Below are positions 9,027 to 18,283 of a DNA stretch of 64,000 nucleotides, piece after piece. The position numbers and the translations under genes were made by a program. The stretch is taken from the NCBI GenBank assembly GCA_964553135.1, contig CAZKJL010000001.1:563946-627945 (forward strand). Reading direction: 5' to 3'. The notes beneath the pieces were generated by a model that did not search any database, was not told the DNA's origin, and saw only the letters and a program-made list of their open reading frames with translations. This DNA comes from an uncultured Candidatus Peribacteria bacterium (GTDB taxonomy: Bacteria; Patescibacteriota; Gracilibacteria; Peribacterales; Peribacteraceae). The number at the start of each line of letters is the position of its first letter. Position 1 is the first letter of the stretch.

Positions 9027-9066
9027 AATCAGATTGGTCCCAACACGTACATTCCTTCGTCGGCAT

Positions 9067-9483
9067 GTGGTCACGTCGCTTGTGGCGGTATCGTGCGCAT
9101 GCGCGCTTGCGTCAGTGGCGCTTGCGGCATGTCCGCCGGATAAGCAGCCGTGTAACAACCAGTGCATCGATGAGCGTGCCCTTTGCATCTTAGAGCCATT
9201 GCCCGGCGGTCCGTCCTTCATTCCTCCCGGAGGCATCGGTTTGCAGACGTTCTTTTATTACGTAAACAACGGCGTGTGGCAGTGGGCGTTTCGCATGGGC
9301 GTGGCCATCGCCGTACTCAACGGCGTCGTCGGAGGATTCCAAATGGTCATGAGCAACGGTGACAGCAGCAAGATGGACGCCGGAAAAAAGCGTTTCATCG
9401 GCTCGGCCATGGGTCTCATTCTGCTTCTTCTCTCCGCAACCATCCTGCAATTCTTGAACCCCATCGGATTCCAAGCCGCATGA
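9067..9483 (+). CDS. VirB2/TrbC-like small membrane protein (putative T4SS pilin), paralog 1
   Basis: Signal-like N-terminus (GTG start at 9067, downstream of the predicted promoter), two TM helices, and the shared motif GGFQMVMSNGDSSKMDAGKKRFIGSAMG. Confidence 0.5.
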   Translation: MVTSLVAVSCACALASVALAACPPDKQPCNNQCIDERALCILEPLPGGPSFIPPGGIGLQTFFYYVNNGVWQWAFRMGVAIAVLNGVVGGFQMVMSNGDSSKMDAGKKRFIGSAMGLILLLLSATILQFLNPIGFQAA

Positions 9484-10067
9484 AGACCAAGCTCCTCCGC
9501 CTTTCGGCATTCGCTCTCGCGCTTCTCGCGCCGGGTTCGCTCCACGCCCAAGAACTCTGGATTTACTGCGGCAATTTGCCGGGTTGTCCGTCGGGATTCA
9601 CCGAGCGCTTCACGGGCGTGCTCCGGCTGCTCCTCATCCGTCTTCCCGCCTACGTGTACGTTCTCGCCATTCTGTTCATCATGATCGGCGGCGCGTACAT
9701 GGTGCTCAGCGTCGGCGATGCGGAGAAGGTCACCAAAGGGAAAAAGACCATCACGTGGGCGCTCATCGGCATTTTCGTCATGCAATTTTCCGAGGCGCTC
9801 GTGAGTTTCGTCGGACTGGAAGCATCCACCAGAGACAGTGGTGCGGATCTCGTGGAATCCGTGGCAAATACGCTCATCGGATCCATCTTCGATCTTCTGT
9901 ACATCGCCCTGCTCGGAGTCGCCATTTACTGCGGCATGTGGATGGTTCTTTCCTTCGGTAAGGAAGACGAAATGAAGAAAGCGCAGGAAGGCATGTTTTG
10001 GGCGGCCGTCGGAGCCATCGTCATCAACCTTGCCGGAGCTCTCGTTCACGCATTCTCCACTCTCTGA
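9480..10067 (+). CDS. VirB2/TrbC-like small membrane protein, paralog 2
   Basis: Signal peptide MKTKLLRLSAFALALLAPGSLHA. Motif GGAYMVLSVGDAEKVTKGKKTITWALIG. 4-nt overlap with paralog 1. Confidence 0.5.
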   Translation: MKTKLLRLSAFALALLAPGSLHAQELWIYCGNLPGCPSGFTERFTGVLRLLLIRLPAYVYVLAILFIMIGGAYMVLSVGDAEKVTKGKKTITWALIGIFVMQFSEALVSFVGLEASTRDSGADLVESVANTLIGSIFDLLYIALLGVAIYCGMWMVLSFGKEDEMKKAQEGMFWAAVGAIVINLAGALVHAFSTL

Positions 10068-10069
10068 TC

Positions 10070-10423
10070 ATGCGTCGCATTCTCCCCGTCATCCTCGGCA
10101 TCCTCGTTCCGATTCAGGTGTTCGCCTATCGAATCACCGATTCGGGTTGGGATTGTCGCGGCTTCCTCAAGTGCGGCTCATCCACCGATGCCGTCACGCA
10201 AATCACGCTCACCATCATCACCGGAGTCACTGCATTCATCGGCGCGCTCGCCGTCGTCGTCTTCATGTACGGCGCCGTCCGCATGGTCACGTCGCAGGGC
10301 GATGAAGGGAAGGAAGCCGGCAAGAAAGCTCTCATTTGGGCATCCCTTGGCCTCGTTGCCGCCATTCTGACGGGTGCGGTCATCCGCTTCGTCACCGACT
10401 ATCTGTATCTGCTCGGGACCTGA
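10070..10423 (+). CDS. VirB2/TrbC-like small membrane protein, paralog 3
   Basis: Signal MRRILPVILGILVPIQVFA. Motif YGAVRMVTSQGDEGKEAGKKALIWASLG. Confidence 0.5.
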   Translation: MRRILPVILGILVPIQVFAYRITDSGWDCRGFLKCGSSTDAVTQITLTIITGVTAFIGALAVVVFMYGAVRMVTSQGDEGKEAGKKALIWASLGLVAAILTGAVIRFVTDYLYLLGT

Positions 10424-10463
10424 AACGCTTTAAGCTTTTCGCGTTTGGCTCTAAGCTTTCGCC

Positions 10464-12002
10464 ATGTCTCGACAATACGTGACGACGGCAATCGATTACC
10501 CCAATGCGGCTCCGCACATGGGTCACGTTCTTGAGAAAGTTCTCGCCGACGTCATCGTGCGTTGGTTCCGTTTGCGCGGTGACGAGGTCCGGTTCCAAAT
10601 CGGCACCGATGAGCACGGCATCAAAATCCAACAGACCGCCGACAAGGAAAGGCTGACCCCCAAGCAACTCGTGGACCGCAACGTGCCCCTGTTTCAGGAG
10701 CTCTACGGCAAGCTCGGCATTTCGGCCGACGTCTTCATCCGTACGTCGGATCGCACGGTGCATTGGCCCACCGTTCGTGAGCTGTGGCAGCGTCTGGCTT
10801 CGGCCAAGATGCTCGAGAAGCGCACGTACACGGGTTTGTACTGCGCCGGTTGTGAGCGCTTCCTCACGAAGAAGGATCTTGTGGAGGGGAAGTGCGACAT
10901 TCACAAAACGGCGCCGCAAGAAGTGAAGGAAGAAAACTGGTTCTTCGCGCTCTCCAAGGAAACGGAGTGGCTCAAGAAGCTTCTCAAAAGCGACTACAAG
11001 ATCATCCCGCAGTTCCGTGAGAACGAGACATTCGCGCTTCTGGATCAGGGGCTCGAGGACGTGTCGTTCTCGCGTCCCAAGAGCAGCTTGAGCTGGGGCG
11101 TGCCCGTTCCCGACGATGAGAACCAGACGATGTACGTGTGGTGCGACGCACTTACGAACTACATTTCGGGCATCGGATACTTCACCGATCACGAAGAGAA
11201 AAAGTGGTGGGACGATGCGACGGTGACGCACGTCATCGGCAAGGACATCGCCAGGTTCCACGCGCTCATTTGGCCGGCGATGCTCAAGTATGCCGAGGTG
11301 AAAACGCCGGATCAGCTCCTCATCCACGGATTCCTGACGAGCGAAGGTCAGAAGATGAGCAAGTCGCTCGGAAACGTCGTGAAACCCGAGGAAGTCCTGA
11401 CTCATTTCCATGGCAACCCCGATCCGCTTCGCTTTTATCTGAGCGCAGAAGTGCCCGTGGGCAACGACGGTGACTTCAGCTGGAAGCGCATCGATGAGGT
11501 CTACACGTCGAAGCTGGGAAACCAGCTCGGCAACATGCTGAACCGCGTGCTCGTCATGCTCAAGAAAGAAGGAAAAGATCTCGCCATTCCCGCCGACCCC
11601 GAGAGCGTCTCGGAAACCGTGAAGCAGTGGGGCGCATTCGCAACGAAGCTCGATGCGTTTGACGTGCACGGTGCGGTGCAACAAATCGTTCTGAGCGTCG
11701 ACAAAATGAACGCCGCGTTCAACGACGCACAGCCGTGGAAGCAGGAGCCGGACAAGAAAATCGTCACGCTCTCCACGTTCGCCGAGTGCCTCCGTCACGC
11801 CGCGCTCATGCTGCTTCCGTTCATTCCGCAAACGGCGCAGAACATGAGCCGCCAACTCGGCATACCGTACGCCGAGGACATGCTCGAAAAGAACTTCGTT
11901 CTCACCGAAGAAATGAAGGCCTGGGCCGGCATCAAGCAGTGGAAAAAGACGAGCGAACCGAGCATTCTTTTCCCGCCTTTGGAGAAGAAAGAAGCCGCTT
12001 AA
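10464..12002 (+). CDS. metG: Methionine--tRNA ligase
   Basis: The HIGH-type region PHMGHV, KMSKS present as KMSKSLGN, and class I anticodon-binding C-terminus. Confidence 0.95.
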   Translation: MSRQYVTTAIDYPNAAPHMGHVLEKVLADVIVRWFRLRGDEVRFQIGTDEHGIKIQQTADKERLTPKQLVDRNVPLFQELYGKLGISADVFIRTSDRTVHWPTVRELWQRLASAKMLEKRTYTGLYCAGCERFLTKKDLVEGKCDIHKTAPQEVKEENWFFALSKETEWLKKLLKSDYKIIPQFRENETFALLDQGLEDVSFSRPKSSLSWGVPVPDDENQTMYVWCDALTNYISGIGYFTDHEEKKWWDDATVTHVIGKDIARFHALIWPAMLKYAEVKTPDQLLIHGFLTSEGQKMSKSLGNVVKPEEVLTHFHGNPDPLRFYLSAEVPVGNDGDFSWKRIDEVYTSKLGNQLGNMLNRVLVMLKKEGKDLAIPADPESVSETVKQWGAFATKLDAFDVHGAVQQIVLSVDKMNAAFNDAQPWKQEPDKKIVTLSTFAECLRHAALMLLPFIPQTAQNMSRQLGIPYAEDMLEKNFVLTEEMKAWAGIKQWKKTSEPSILFPPLEKKEAA

Positions 12003-12152
12003 AGGCGTTTTTAGCCTACATCTGGCCTTTTCGGTCGATTTGGCGTATCATGAGATCACTCTCTTATCAGCGAGACCCGGAGCAGGGGGCACACATCAGT
12101 GACCACGGCGAGGGGAGGAGCGGGAGAGTCATTACTTCTTTCTTTTTATTTT

Positions 12153-12491
12153 ATGTTCGACCCAATGGCCGATCTCAGTAATCCCAGCAGCGACGATCCG
12201 CTCGCTCCCACGTCCAACTTTGCTCCGGCTCCCCAGTCTCGCCGTCAGGGCGGTGGCGGTGCAGGAGGAGGCATGGGCGGCGGCGCAGGCCGTTACGGTG
12301 AGGAGATTCACTCCATCACCATCCGCGCACGCCAGCGCACGTTCTACATCGATCTGAAGCAGTCCGGCAACGGCAAGTTCTTCAAGGTCTCCGAGAAGTC
12401 CCGCGGCGGACAGAAGTCCACGATCGTCTTCGACGTCGAGGATCTCCCGCACTTCATCAAGGCGCTGCAGGAGATGCAGACGAAGCTGTAG
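12153..12491 (+). CDS. PUR-alpha-like nucleic-acid-binding protein (DUF3276 family)
   Basis: Gly-rich N-terminus followed by IRARQRTFYIDLKQSGNGKFFKVSEKSRGGQKSTIVFDVEDL, the bacterial PUR repeat pattern. Confidence 0.7.
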   Translation: MFDPMADLSNPSSDDPLAPTSNFAPAPQSRRQGGGGAGGGMGGGAGRYGEEIHSITIRARQRTFYIDLKQSGNGKFFKVSEKSRGGQKSTIVFDVEDLPHFIKALQEMQTKL

Positions 12492-12530
12492 GAGTGCAAA
12501 GAATACAAGGAATGCAAAGAGTGCAAGGAA
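12491..12530 (-). repeat. 9-bp periodic intergenic array (TCYTTGYAN family, inverted orientation)
   Basis: The reverse complement reads TCCTTGCAC|TCTTTGCAT|TCCTTGTAT|TCTTTGCAC|TCC. Begins at the stop codon of the PUR-like gene. Confidence 0.7.
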
Positions 12531-12556
12531 CCCGGCTCAGGTCGGGTTCTTTTTTA
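12528..12556 (+). terminator. Rho-independent terminator between convergent genes
   Basis: GAACCCG-GCTCAGGT-CGGGTTC followed by TTTTTT. Confidence 0.7.
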
Positions 12557-12560
12557 TTTC

Positions 12561-13853
12561 TTATTCCGTAGGCACAACGTACCCGTTGATCGTCGGATTT
12601 TGTTGCAGCGTGAGCAGAATGATCTTCGCCGCTTCGGCGCGCGTGATGAAGTTTTCGGGGCGGAACGTACCGTCGCCGTAACCGCTCACGATGTCTCTGG
12701 AGGCTGCTGCGCCGACATACGGATGGAACCAGTCCATCTCGCGCACATCGCCGAAGGAGAGCGTCGTGCCGCTCGTCGACAGGGGATCGAGCTCGGTGGC
12801 GAGGCTCAGGATCTTGAGGGCCTCGGCGCGGTTCACGGGAGCGTCGGGACGGAACGTGCCGTCGTCGTAGCCCGAAACGATCTTGTAGTGTTCCGCGGTA
12901 TAGATCACTTTGCGGCGAAATGCGGCTTCGGGGTTTTCGTTGATCGGCGAATCCTTGCGTACGTCGGAGAACGTCACCGTCGCGTCGTCGGTTCTTGAAC
13001 GAAGTTTCGTGCAGCTCGAGAAGAGCGTCAGTTTCAGGAACTCAAACCGCGTGATGGCTTGATTCGGACGGAACACCACGCGCGAGTTCGGCGTTCCGAA
13101 ATTTTCGTCGTAACCGCCGATGAGCGGCGTCTTGTCCGGGAGAATGTAGACGCCTTGCAGCGCGCGAATGAACGGGAAGCTCCAGTCGCCCTCGTCGATG
13201 TCATCGAACGTTGCCGCGGGGAGCAGGTAACCCAAGCATGCGTTTTCACGCGCGTTTGCCCCTTCGTTTGCTTCCGTCTTGTCGTCGGTGCCATCGCGGT
13301 CGGTGTCCACGGCCATCGGGTTCGTGCCGCGCGCGAGTTCTTCGGCGTTCGTGAGGCCGTCACCGTCGGAGTCATCGGCCCTGGTTTGCGTCACTTGAGT
13401 TTGATCCAAGCCCGTCCGTGCCTCCCATTCGTCCGGAAGTCCGTTGCCGTTGAGATCGGTTCCGAATTTGGAGTCCAGCGGGAACGGATCGACGTTGTCA
13501 TTGATTCCGTCGCCATCCGAGTCCGGCACCTTGGGATCGGTTCCACGCAAAATCTCGTTGCCGTTCACCATGCCGTCGCCGTCACTGTCGAAGCTCAGGT
13601 CGTCGCTTCTGTCGAACGGGTTTCGTTTGGCGGCCACTTCCGATCCGTCGGACTCGCCTCCGCCGTCGGTATCGGCGTCGTAGGGATTCGTTTCGCCTTG
13701 GTCCACCACGCCGTTGCGATTCGCATCTTCCTGAATGTCCGTGAGTCCGTCACCGTCGATGTCTTGAGCCGTGGATGCCGAAAGCGTCGCCGGTACCTCG
13801 GCAAGCAGGAGTACCGCGGTGAGTAGTGCCGCCATTGACGCCCGTGCGTTCAT
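12561..13853 (-). CDS. Secreted protein with thrombospondin type-3-like Ca-binding repeats and C-terminal SLH domains
   Basis: Signal MNARASMAALLTAVLLLAEVPATLSA. Many DxDGDGxxDxxD repeats (DIDGDGLTD, DSDGDGMVN, DSDGDGIND, DSDGDGLTN). C-terminal FSDV/FGDV...VSGYDDGTFRP SLH units. Start overlaps the fmt stop (ATGA). Confidence 0.75.
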   Translation of the reverse strand: MNARASMAALLTAVLLLAEVPATLSASTAQDIDGDGLTDIQEDANRNGVVDQGETNPYDADTDGGGESDGSEVAAKRNPFDRSDDLSFDSDGDGMVNGNEILRGTDPKVPDSDGDGINDNVDPFPLDSKFGTDLNGNGLPDEWEARTGLDQTQVTQTRADDSDGDGLTNAEELARGTNPMAVDTDRDGTDDKTEANEGANARENACLGYLLPAATFDDIDEGDWSFPFIRALQGVYILPDKTPLIGGYDENFGTPNSRVVFRPNQAITRFEFLKLTLFSSCTKLRSRTDDATVTFSDVRKDSPINENPEAAFRRKVIYTAEHYKIVSGYDDGTFRPDAPVNRAEALKILSLATELDPLSTSGTTLSFGDVREMDWFHPYVGAAASRDIVSGYGDGTFRPENFITRAEAAKIILLTLQQNPTINGYVVPTE

Positions 13854-14713
13854 GAAAGGCGTTTGCCGTGAAGGAATGCCTGTCCCGTCATCGGTTTCCC
13901 GCCCGCGGGTTGCAGTGTCACGACATACAGCGTCGTGCCGTCTTTGCACGCCAGGGGCATGGCGCCCGTGACGGCCGTGAGTTCGGTTTGGAGCAGCTTC
14001 TTTCCTTCCCACGTCACGCCGGGCCATGGTGAAAGTGCGCGCACCATGCGGTCGATGGTTTCGGCCGTCATCGAAGCGGGGTCGGCAATCCCGTCCTTTT
14101 TTTCCAGCTTTCCGCAGAACGTCACGTCGGAGTGCATCTGCACTTTCTCAACGAGCGGCTCACTCAGCGTTCGCACCAGCAGTGCCGCACCCGCCGCCGC
14201 CAATTTGTCGTGCAGTGTCGTGAACGTCTCGCGTTCACCCAGCGTGATGCGTTCGGCCGAGAGAATCGGCCCGGCATCCAATTCCTTCACCATGCGCTGC
14301 ACGGTGACGCCCGACTCCTTATCGCCTTGCAGAATTGCATGTTGAATCGGCGATGCGCCGCGGAGCTTCGGGAGGAGTGATGCGTGCACGTTCACGGGTG
14401 CGATCTTCGGGAAACTCAGTACCTCGTCGGACAGGATTTGTCCGTACGACACCACTACCAAGAAATCCGCGGACGAACATGCGGCCTTGATGCTCGTGAA
14501 TTCGGCATTCAGCTTCTCCGGCTGCAAGACGGGAACCTTCAGGGCCTCGGCCGCCACTTTCACGGGAGGCGGCGTGAGTGCTTGTTTGCGTCCCACGGGT
14601 CTGTCCGGCTGCGTCACCACAAGTTTCACGTCGAACCGCTCATCGGCTGCCAATGCTTGCAGGCATGGAACGGCGAATGCCGAAGTGCCGAGAAAAACGA
14701 CGGATGAAGACAT
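13850..14713 (-). CDS. fmt: Methionyl-tRNA formyltransferase
   Basis: VVFLGTSAFAVPCL...VVTQPDRPVGRK...NVHASLLPKLRGASPIQ are canonical Fmt motifs. Confidence 0.9.
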   Translation of the reverse strand: MSSSVVFLGTSAFAVPCLQALAADERFDVKLVVTQPDRPVGRKQALTPPPVKVAAEALKVPVLQPEKLNAEFTSIKAACSSADFLVVVSYGQILSDEVLSFPKIAPVNVHASLLPKLRGASPIQHAILQGDKESGVTVQRMVKELDAGPILSAERITLGERETFTTLHDKLAAAGAALLVRTLSEPLVEKVQMHSDVTFCGKLEKKDGIADPASMTAETIDRMVRALSPWPGVTWEGKKLLQTELTAVTGAMPLACKDGTTLYVVTLQPAGGKPMTGQAFLHGKRLS

Positions 14714-14771
14714 CGAAAAAGATTGTAGCGTAATTCCGTCGGCGCATCGTTTCAGGTAGTATGGTCACTCC

Positions 14772-15092
14772 ATGAGTCACCGTTCCGTCCAGCTCGCCGG
14801 TATGATTCGCACGACGCTCGCGCGCACCGCGCTTGAGATCCCGCCGAACAAGGCGAAGGTGGTGAGCGTCACCGACGTGGAGTTGAGTGCCGATTTGGCG
14901 TATGCCGATATCTCGGTGAGCGCCATCGAAGGCGTGGAACACGCCGTGGCCTACTTCAAGTCACGCGGCAAAGAACTGCGCTCCATGCTCGCAAAACAGC
15001 TCACCACGTACACGGTTCCGGTTCTGCGGTTCCACGTTGATACGAGCGGGGAGAAGGCGGCGAGGATCGATAAGCTCATAGATTCTTTGTAG
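14772..15092 (+). CDS. rbfA: Ribosome-binding factor A
   Basis: 106 aa. VSVTDVELSADLAYADISVS...VPVLRFHVD is the RbfA pattern. Confidence 0.85.
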   Translation: MSHRSVQLAGMIRTTLARTALEIPPNKAKVVSVTDVELSADLAYADISVSAIEGVEHAVAYFKSRGKELRSMLAKQLTTYTVPVLRFHVDTSGEKAARIDKLIDSL

Positions 15093-15095
15093 AAC

Positions 15096-15182
15096 GGATT
15101 GCAAGGACTGCAACGCAAGCAAGGATTGCAAGGAACTCTTTTTTCCTTGCACTCGTTGCATTCCTTGCATTCTTTGCAATCC
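15096..15182. repeat. Inverted pair of 9-bp periodic arrays forming a long imperfect hairpin
   Basis: Left arm GGATTGCAAGGACTGCAACGCAAGCAAGGATTGCAAGGAA, loop CTCTTTTT, right arm TCCTTGCAC|TCGTTGCAT|TCCTTGCAT|TCTTTGCAA|TCC, followed by TGATTTTTAT. Starts 4 nt after the rbfA stop. Confidence 0.75.
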
Positions 15183-15268
15183 TGATTTTTATAACGAAAC
15201 AATCCAAACGTTTTTGACAGCTCAACTGGGTTGAGCCCGATGTTTCCCGTGACTACACTCCGTCCCTT

Positions 15269-16231
15269 ATGTTCGATGCGTCGCTCGCTTCTCAGGCACT
15301 CAAAACTCTCCAGGGAGCCAAGCGACTGAAGTGCGTGTGTCACCGCAATCCGGACGGTGATGCCATCGGTGCCGTCACGGGCGTTGCGCAGCTTCTGGAA
15401 GCCAATCTCCCGAACATTCCGGTGGAGCTGTACTGCGTCGATCCGTCGCCGCCGCTCTTCCATTTTTTGCACTCGGTGCATCGCATCAAGCAGGACCTCA
15501 AACCCGAAGAAGGGGACGTGTTTGTCTTCGTCGATTCGGCCGAGCCCAAGCTCACCGAGTACGACGTGCAATTTCCGCAGATTTTCGGCGGCACGTGGCC
15601 GTCGGTGTGCATCGATCACCACCAAACCAATCCGCGGTACGGAACCGTGAACATCGTCATTCCCGATGCGTCGTCCACCTGCGAAATCCTCGTGGCATTC
15701 GCCGATGCGCTCCGCTGGCCCATCACTCCGGATATCGCAACATCGCTCCTGACGGGTGTGTACACCGACACGGGCGGCCTCGTGCACAGCAATACCACGT
15801 CACGCGTGTATCGCACGGTTTCGCGCTTGCTGCGTGCCGGAGCCAGGCACCATGCTGTCGTTTTCAACGTCTTTCGTTCCATCAAACTTTCCACGCTGCG
15901 CTTGTGGGGCAGAGTGCTCGAGAAAATCAGCGTGACGGACGAAGGCGGTGCCATCTCGGCGCTCACCGAGAGCGACTTCAAGGCCACGGGTGCCGATTAC
16001 TCGGAGCTCACGGGCGCCATCGATTACGTGAACGCGGTACCCGGCATGAAATTTTCGCTCGTGCTCGCCGAACGTCAGGGCAAAGTGAAGGGTTCCATTC
16101 GCACACTCCGCGATGACGTCGATGTTTCCAAAATGGCGGCGCAACTCGATGGCGGCGGGCACAGAAAAGCCGCCGGGTTCGCGGTCACGGGAAAGCTGGT
16201 GCCGGAGGTGCGGTGGAAAGTGCAACAATAG
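15269..16231 (+). CDS. DHH/DHHA1 family phosphoesterase (NrnA-like oligoribonuclease/pAp phosphatase)
   Basis: CHRNPDGDAIGA, IDHHQTN, and C-terminal GGGHRKAAGF. Confidence 0.85.
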   Translation: MFDASLASQALKTLQGAKRLKCVCHRNPDGDAIGAVTGVAQLLEANLPNIPVELYCVDPSPPLFHFLHSVHRIKQDLKPEEGDVFVFVDSAEPKLTEYDVQFPQIFGGTWPSVCIDHHQTNPRYGTVNIVIPDASSTCEILVAFADALRWPITPDIATSLLTGVYTDTGGLVHSNTTSRVYRTVSRLLRAGARHHAVVFNVFRSIKLSTLRLWGRVLEKISVTDEGGAISALTESDFKATGADYSELTGAIDYVNAVPGMKFSLVLAERQGKVKGSIRTLRDDVDVSKMAAQLDGGGHRKAAGFAVTGKLVPEVRWKVQQ

Positions 16232-16287
16232 GAGTGCAAGGATCGTTGTCTTCCTTGTATTCGTTGTATTCCTTGAATTCCTTATCC
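16231..16287 (+). repeat. 9-bp periodic intergenic array (TCYTTGYAN family)
   Basis: GGAGTGCAAGGA then TCGTTGTCT|TCCTTGTAT|TCGTTGTAT|TCCTTGAAT|TCCTTATCC. Fills the gap between the convergent nrnA-like and virB4-like stop codons. Confidence 0.7.
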
Positions 16288-16289
16288 GC

Positions 16290-18221
16290 TTATTTCTGCT
16301 CGCTGCCTCCCTCGGCCCTTGCCTTCTCATCCGCCCGCTTCTTCATGACTTCCTCGGGCTTCGTGGTGATGATGGTGTGTTCGCTGGGGCTTGCCACCAC
16401 CTGAATGGCCACGTGGGTGTTGCCGGCGAAGAGCACGCCTTGTCCCACTCCGGAGTTCAGGAGCAGGTATTTCTCACCCTCCGTGAGGTAGAAGAGCTTG
16501 GCCAGGTTATCCACGCTTGCGGCGGACTGCTTCAGAAGCAGCTGCAGCGAGGTGTTGCTGATGATCGGTTTTCCGTACGGTGAGTTGATGAAGTCATCGA
16601 TATCCTGCGTGATCGTGGTGACACCCAGGTAGTACTTGCGAGCGCGCTTGATGAGTCCGTACAAGAACTGTGCGGAATCTTCGTACTGCATCAGGTTCCA
16701 TGCTTCGTCGACCACGAGGAGACGCTTGCGCATGTCGGAGCGGACGCGGTTCCAGAGGAAGTTCAGCACGACGTAGATGGCGATGGGGCGGAGCACGTCT
16801 TCCAGGTCGCGGATTTGGAACACGACCATTTCTTTCTCGAGCTCGATGTTCGTGGGGCGATCAAACAGTCCGGAGAAGCTGCCCGTGGTGTACTTCTGCA
16901 GGGTCTGCGCCATCGATTCGCCGCCGTTGCTCGTCATGAGCACGTCGATGAGGTCGTGGAGCGTGGGAGCTTCCATCTTTCCGGGCTCCTGCGTCTCGAG
17001 CGTGATGCCCTTGAGCGCGTAGGTATCGAGGATCGCACGGTCGAGGATTCCTTCTTCGGACGGCGTGATGGAGCCGAGCATCAGCTTGAAGAGACCGTGC
17101 AGGTTGATGGCCGCGCTTCTGAGCACTTCACCCACTTCGGCTTCCTCACCGCGGACGGCCTTCGGGAGGTCGAACGGGTTGATGCGGAACGAACTCTGGA
17201 GCGAGATGGGGATCATGGATCCGCCGACGGTGCGACACAGGTCCACGTATTCGTTTTCCGGGTCGATGACATAGGCCTGCACGCCCTGGATGAGCGAGCG
17301 CAGGATCTCCAGCTTCACGACGTAGGATTTACCGGCACCGGACGTGGCGAACACGTTGGCGTTGGCGTTCGGCAGGTCGAAGCGGTCGAAGATGATGAGC
17401 GAGTCGTTGTGACGGTTGATGCCGTAGAGCACACCGTGGTCATCGGTGAGGTCCGAGGAGCTGAACGGGAAGCTCGTGGAGAGAGCTTGGGTGTTCATGT
17501 TGCGGTTGAAGTCGAGCTCGTCCATGCAGTAGGGCAAGCAGCTGGTCCAGCCGTGTTCCATCTGGAAGGCCGTGGGCTTGGTGAGGATCAGCTTGCCTCC
17601 GAGGATCGCTTCTACGTCGGTCTGGATCTTCTTCAGTTTCTGCTCGTTCTCGGCGTAGATGGTGAAGTAGAACCCGAGCTGGAACAGTTTCTCGGATCCG
17701 CGTGCAAGAAGGTCACGCAGTTCTTCGGCGTCCTGCAAGGCCGCTTCGAGAGCAGGGTCGCGAACGATGCCACGCTGCTGGAGCATGCGGATGCTCGAAC
17801 GCATTTCGGCGACTTTCTTGCGGAGCATCTTCAGGATCACCTTGTTGCTCGCAGGGTAAATGAACATCGAGATGTCGATCTGAATGTCGAAGTTGATGAG
17901 CTGACTGAGCCAGTTGGGGTAAATCTGGCTCGGCCAGTTGTAGGCGTAGAAGCTGCGCGCCACGAGCTGCTCATTGAGCTGGATCATGGAGCGGTCGAAC
18001 TTCAGTCCGGCCGGCGCGATGACGTCGAGGAGTTTCTGCAGACCCTCTTCATACTTCTTCACGATTTCTTTTTCATCCTTGGTGAGTTCCAGGTCATCAT
18101 CGTCCTTGCTGAGGACGTCTTCGATGTCACGGTGCAGTCCCAGAAGTTCGTCGAGAACATCGAGGAGTTTTCCCGCGATCGGAGGAGCCGTTTTTTGTTT
18201 GTGTACAGCCATTTGTGACAT
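16290..18221 (-). CDS. VirB4/TraC-like type IV secretion ATPase (DUF87 family)
   Basis: Walker A FATSGAGKSYVV, Walker B LLVVDEAWNL, and overall VirB4-like length and layout. Start at 18221 or 18212. Confidence 0.8.
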   Translation of the reverse strand: MSQMAVHKQKTAPPIAGKLLDVLDELLGLHRDIEDVLSKDDDDLELTKDEKEIVKKYEEGLQKLLDVIAPAGLKFDRSMIQLNEQLVARSFYAYNWPSQIYPNWLSQLINFDIQIDISMFIYPASNKVILKMLRKKVAEMRSSIRMLQQRGIVRDPALEAALQDAEELRDLLARGSEKLFQLGFYFTIYAENEQKLKKIQTDVEAILGGKLILTKPTAFQMEHGWTSCLPYCMDELDFNRNMNTQALSTSFPFSSSDLTDDHGVLYGINRHNDSLIIFDRFDLPNANANVFATSGAGKSYVVKLEILRSLIQGVQAYVIDPENEYVDLCRTVGGSMIPISLQSSFRINPFDLPKAVRGEEAEVGEVLRSAAINLHGLFKLMLGSITPSEEGILDRAILDTYALKGITLETQEPGKMEAPTLHDLIDVLMTSNGGESMAQTLQKYTTGSFSGLFDRPTNIELEKEMVVFQIRDLEDVLRPIAIYVVLNFLWNRVRSDMRKRLLVVDEAWNLMQYEDSAQFLYGLIKRARKYYLGVTTITQDIDDFINSPYGKPIISNTSLQLLLKQSAASVDNLAKLFYLTEGEKYLLLNSGVGQGVLFAGNTHVAIQVVASPSEHTIITTKPEEVMKKRADEKARAEGGSEQK

Positions 18222-18283
18222 CAAACTATTATACCAGAAAGAAGCCGACTCTCCAAGGGGTCTCAAACGGTCTTTTCGATGGG

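Noticed and set aside
7549-9066. 505-aa ORF antisense to mgtE. Similar long antisense ORFs include 10392-11855 (vs metG), 16815-18218 (vs virB4-like), 24386-25573 (vs DegT), 55314-56786 (vs PEPC), 59521-61494 (vs murL-like/methyltransferase), 2824-3981, 1759-2727, 20272-21186 and 58073-59941 upstream of the murD start.
   Set aside because: These are typical shadow ORFs of a GC-rich genome. They are Arg/His/Gly/Glu-rich with low complexity and no recognisable motifs, and each lies opposite or out of frame to a gene with clear family signatures.
1436-16287. 9-bp periodic arrays considered as a CRISPR array or as coding Ser-Leu-x repeats.
   Set aside because: The units are contiguous with no spacers and are only 9 bp long. 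The arrays lie between stop codons of convergent or tandem genes, and the small ORFs reading through them are not credible genes.
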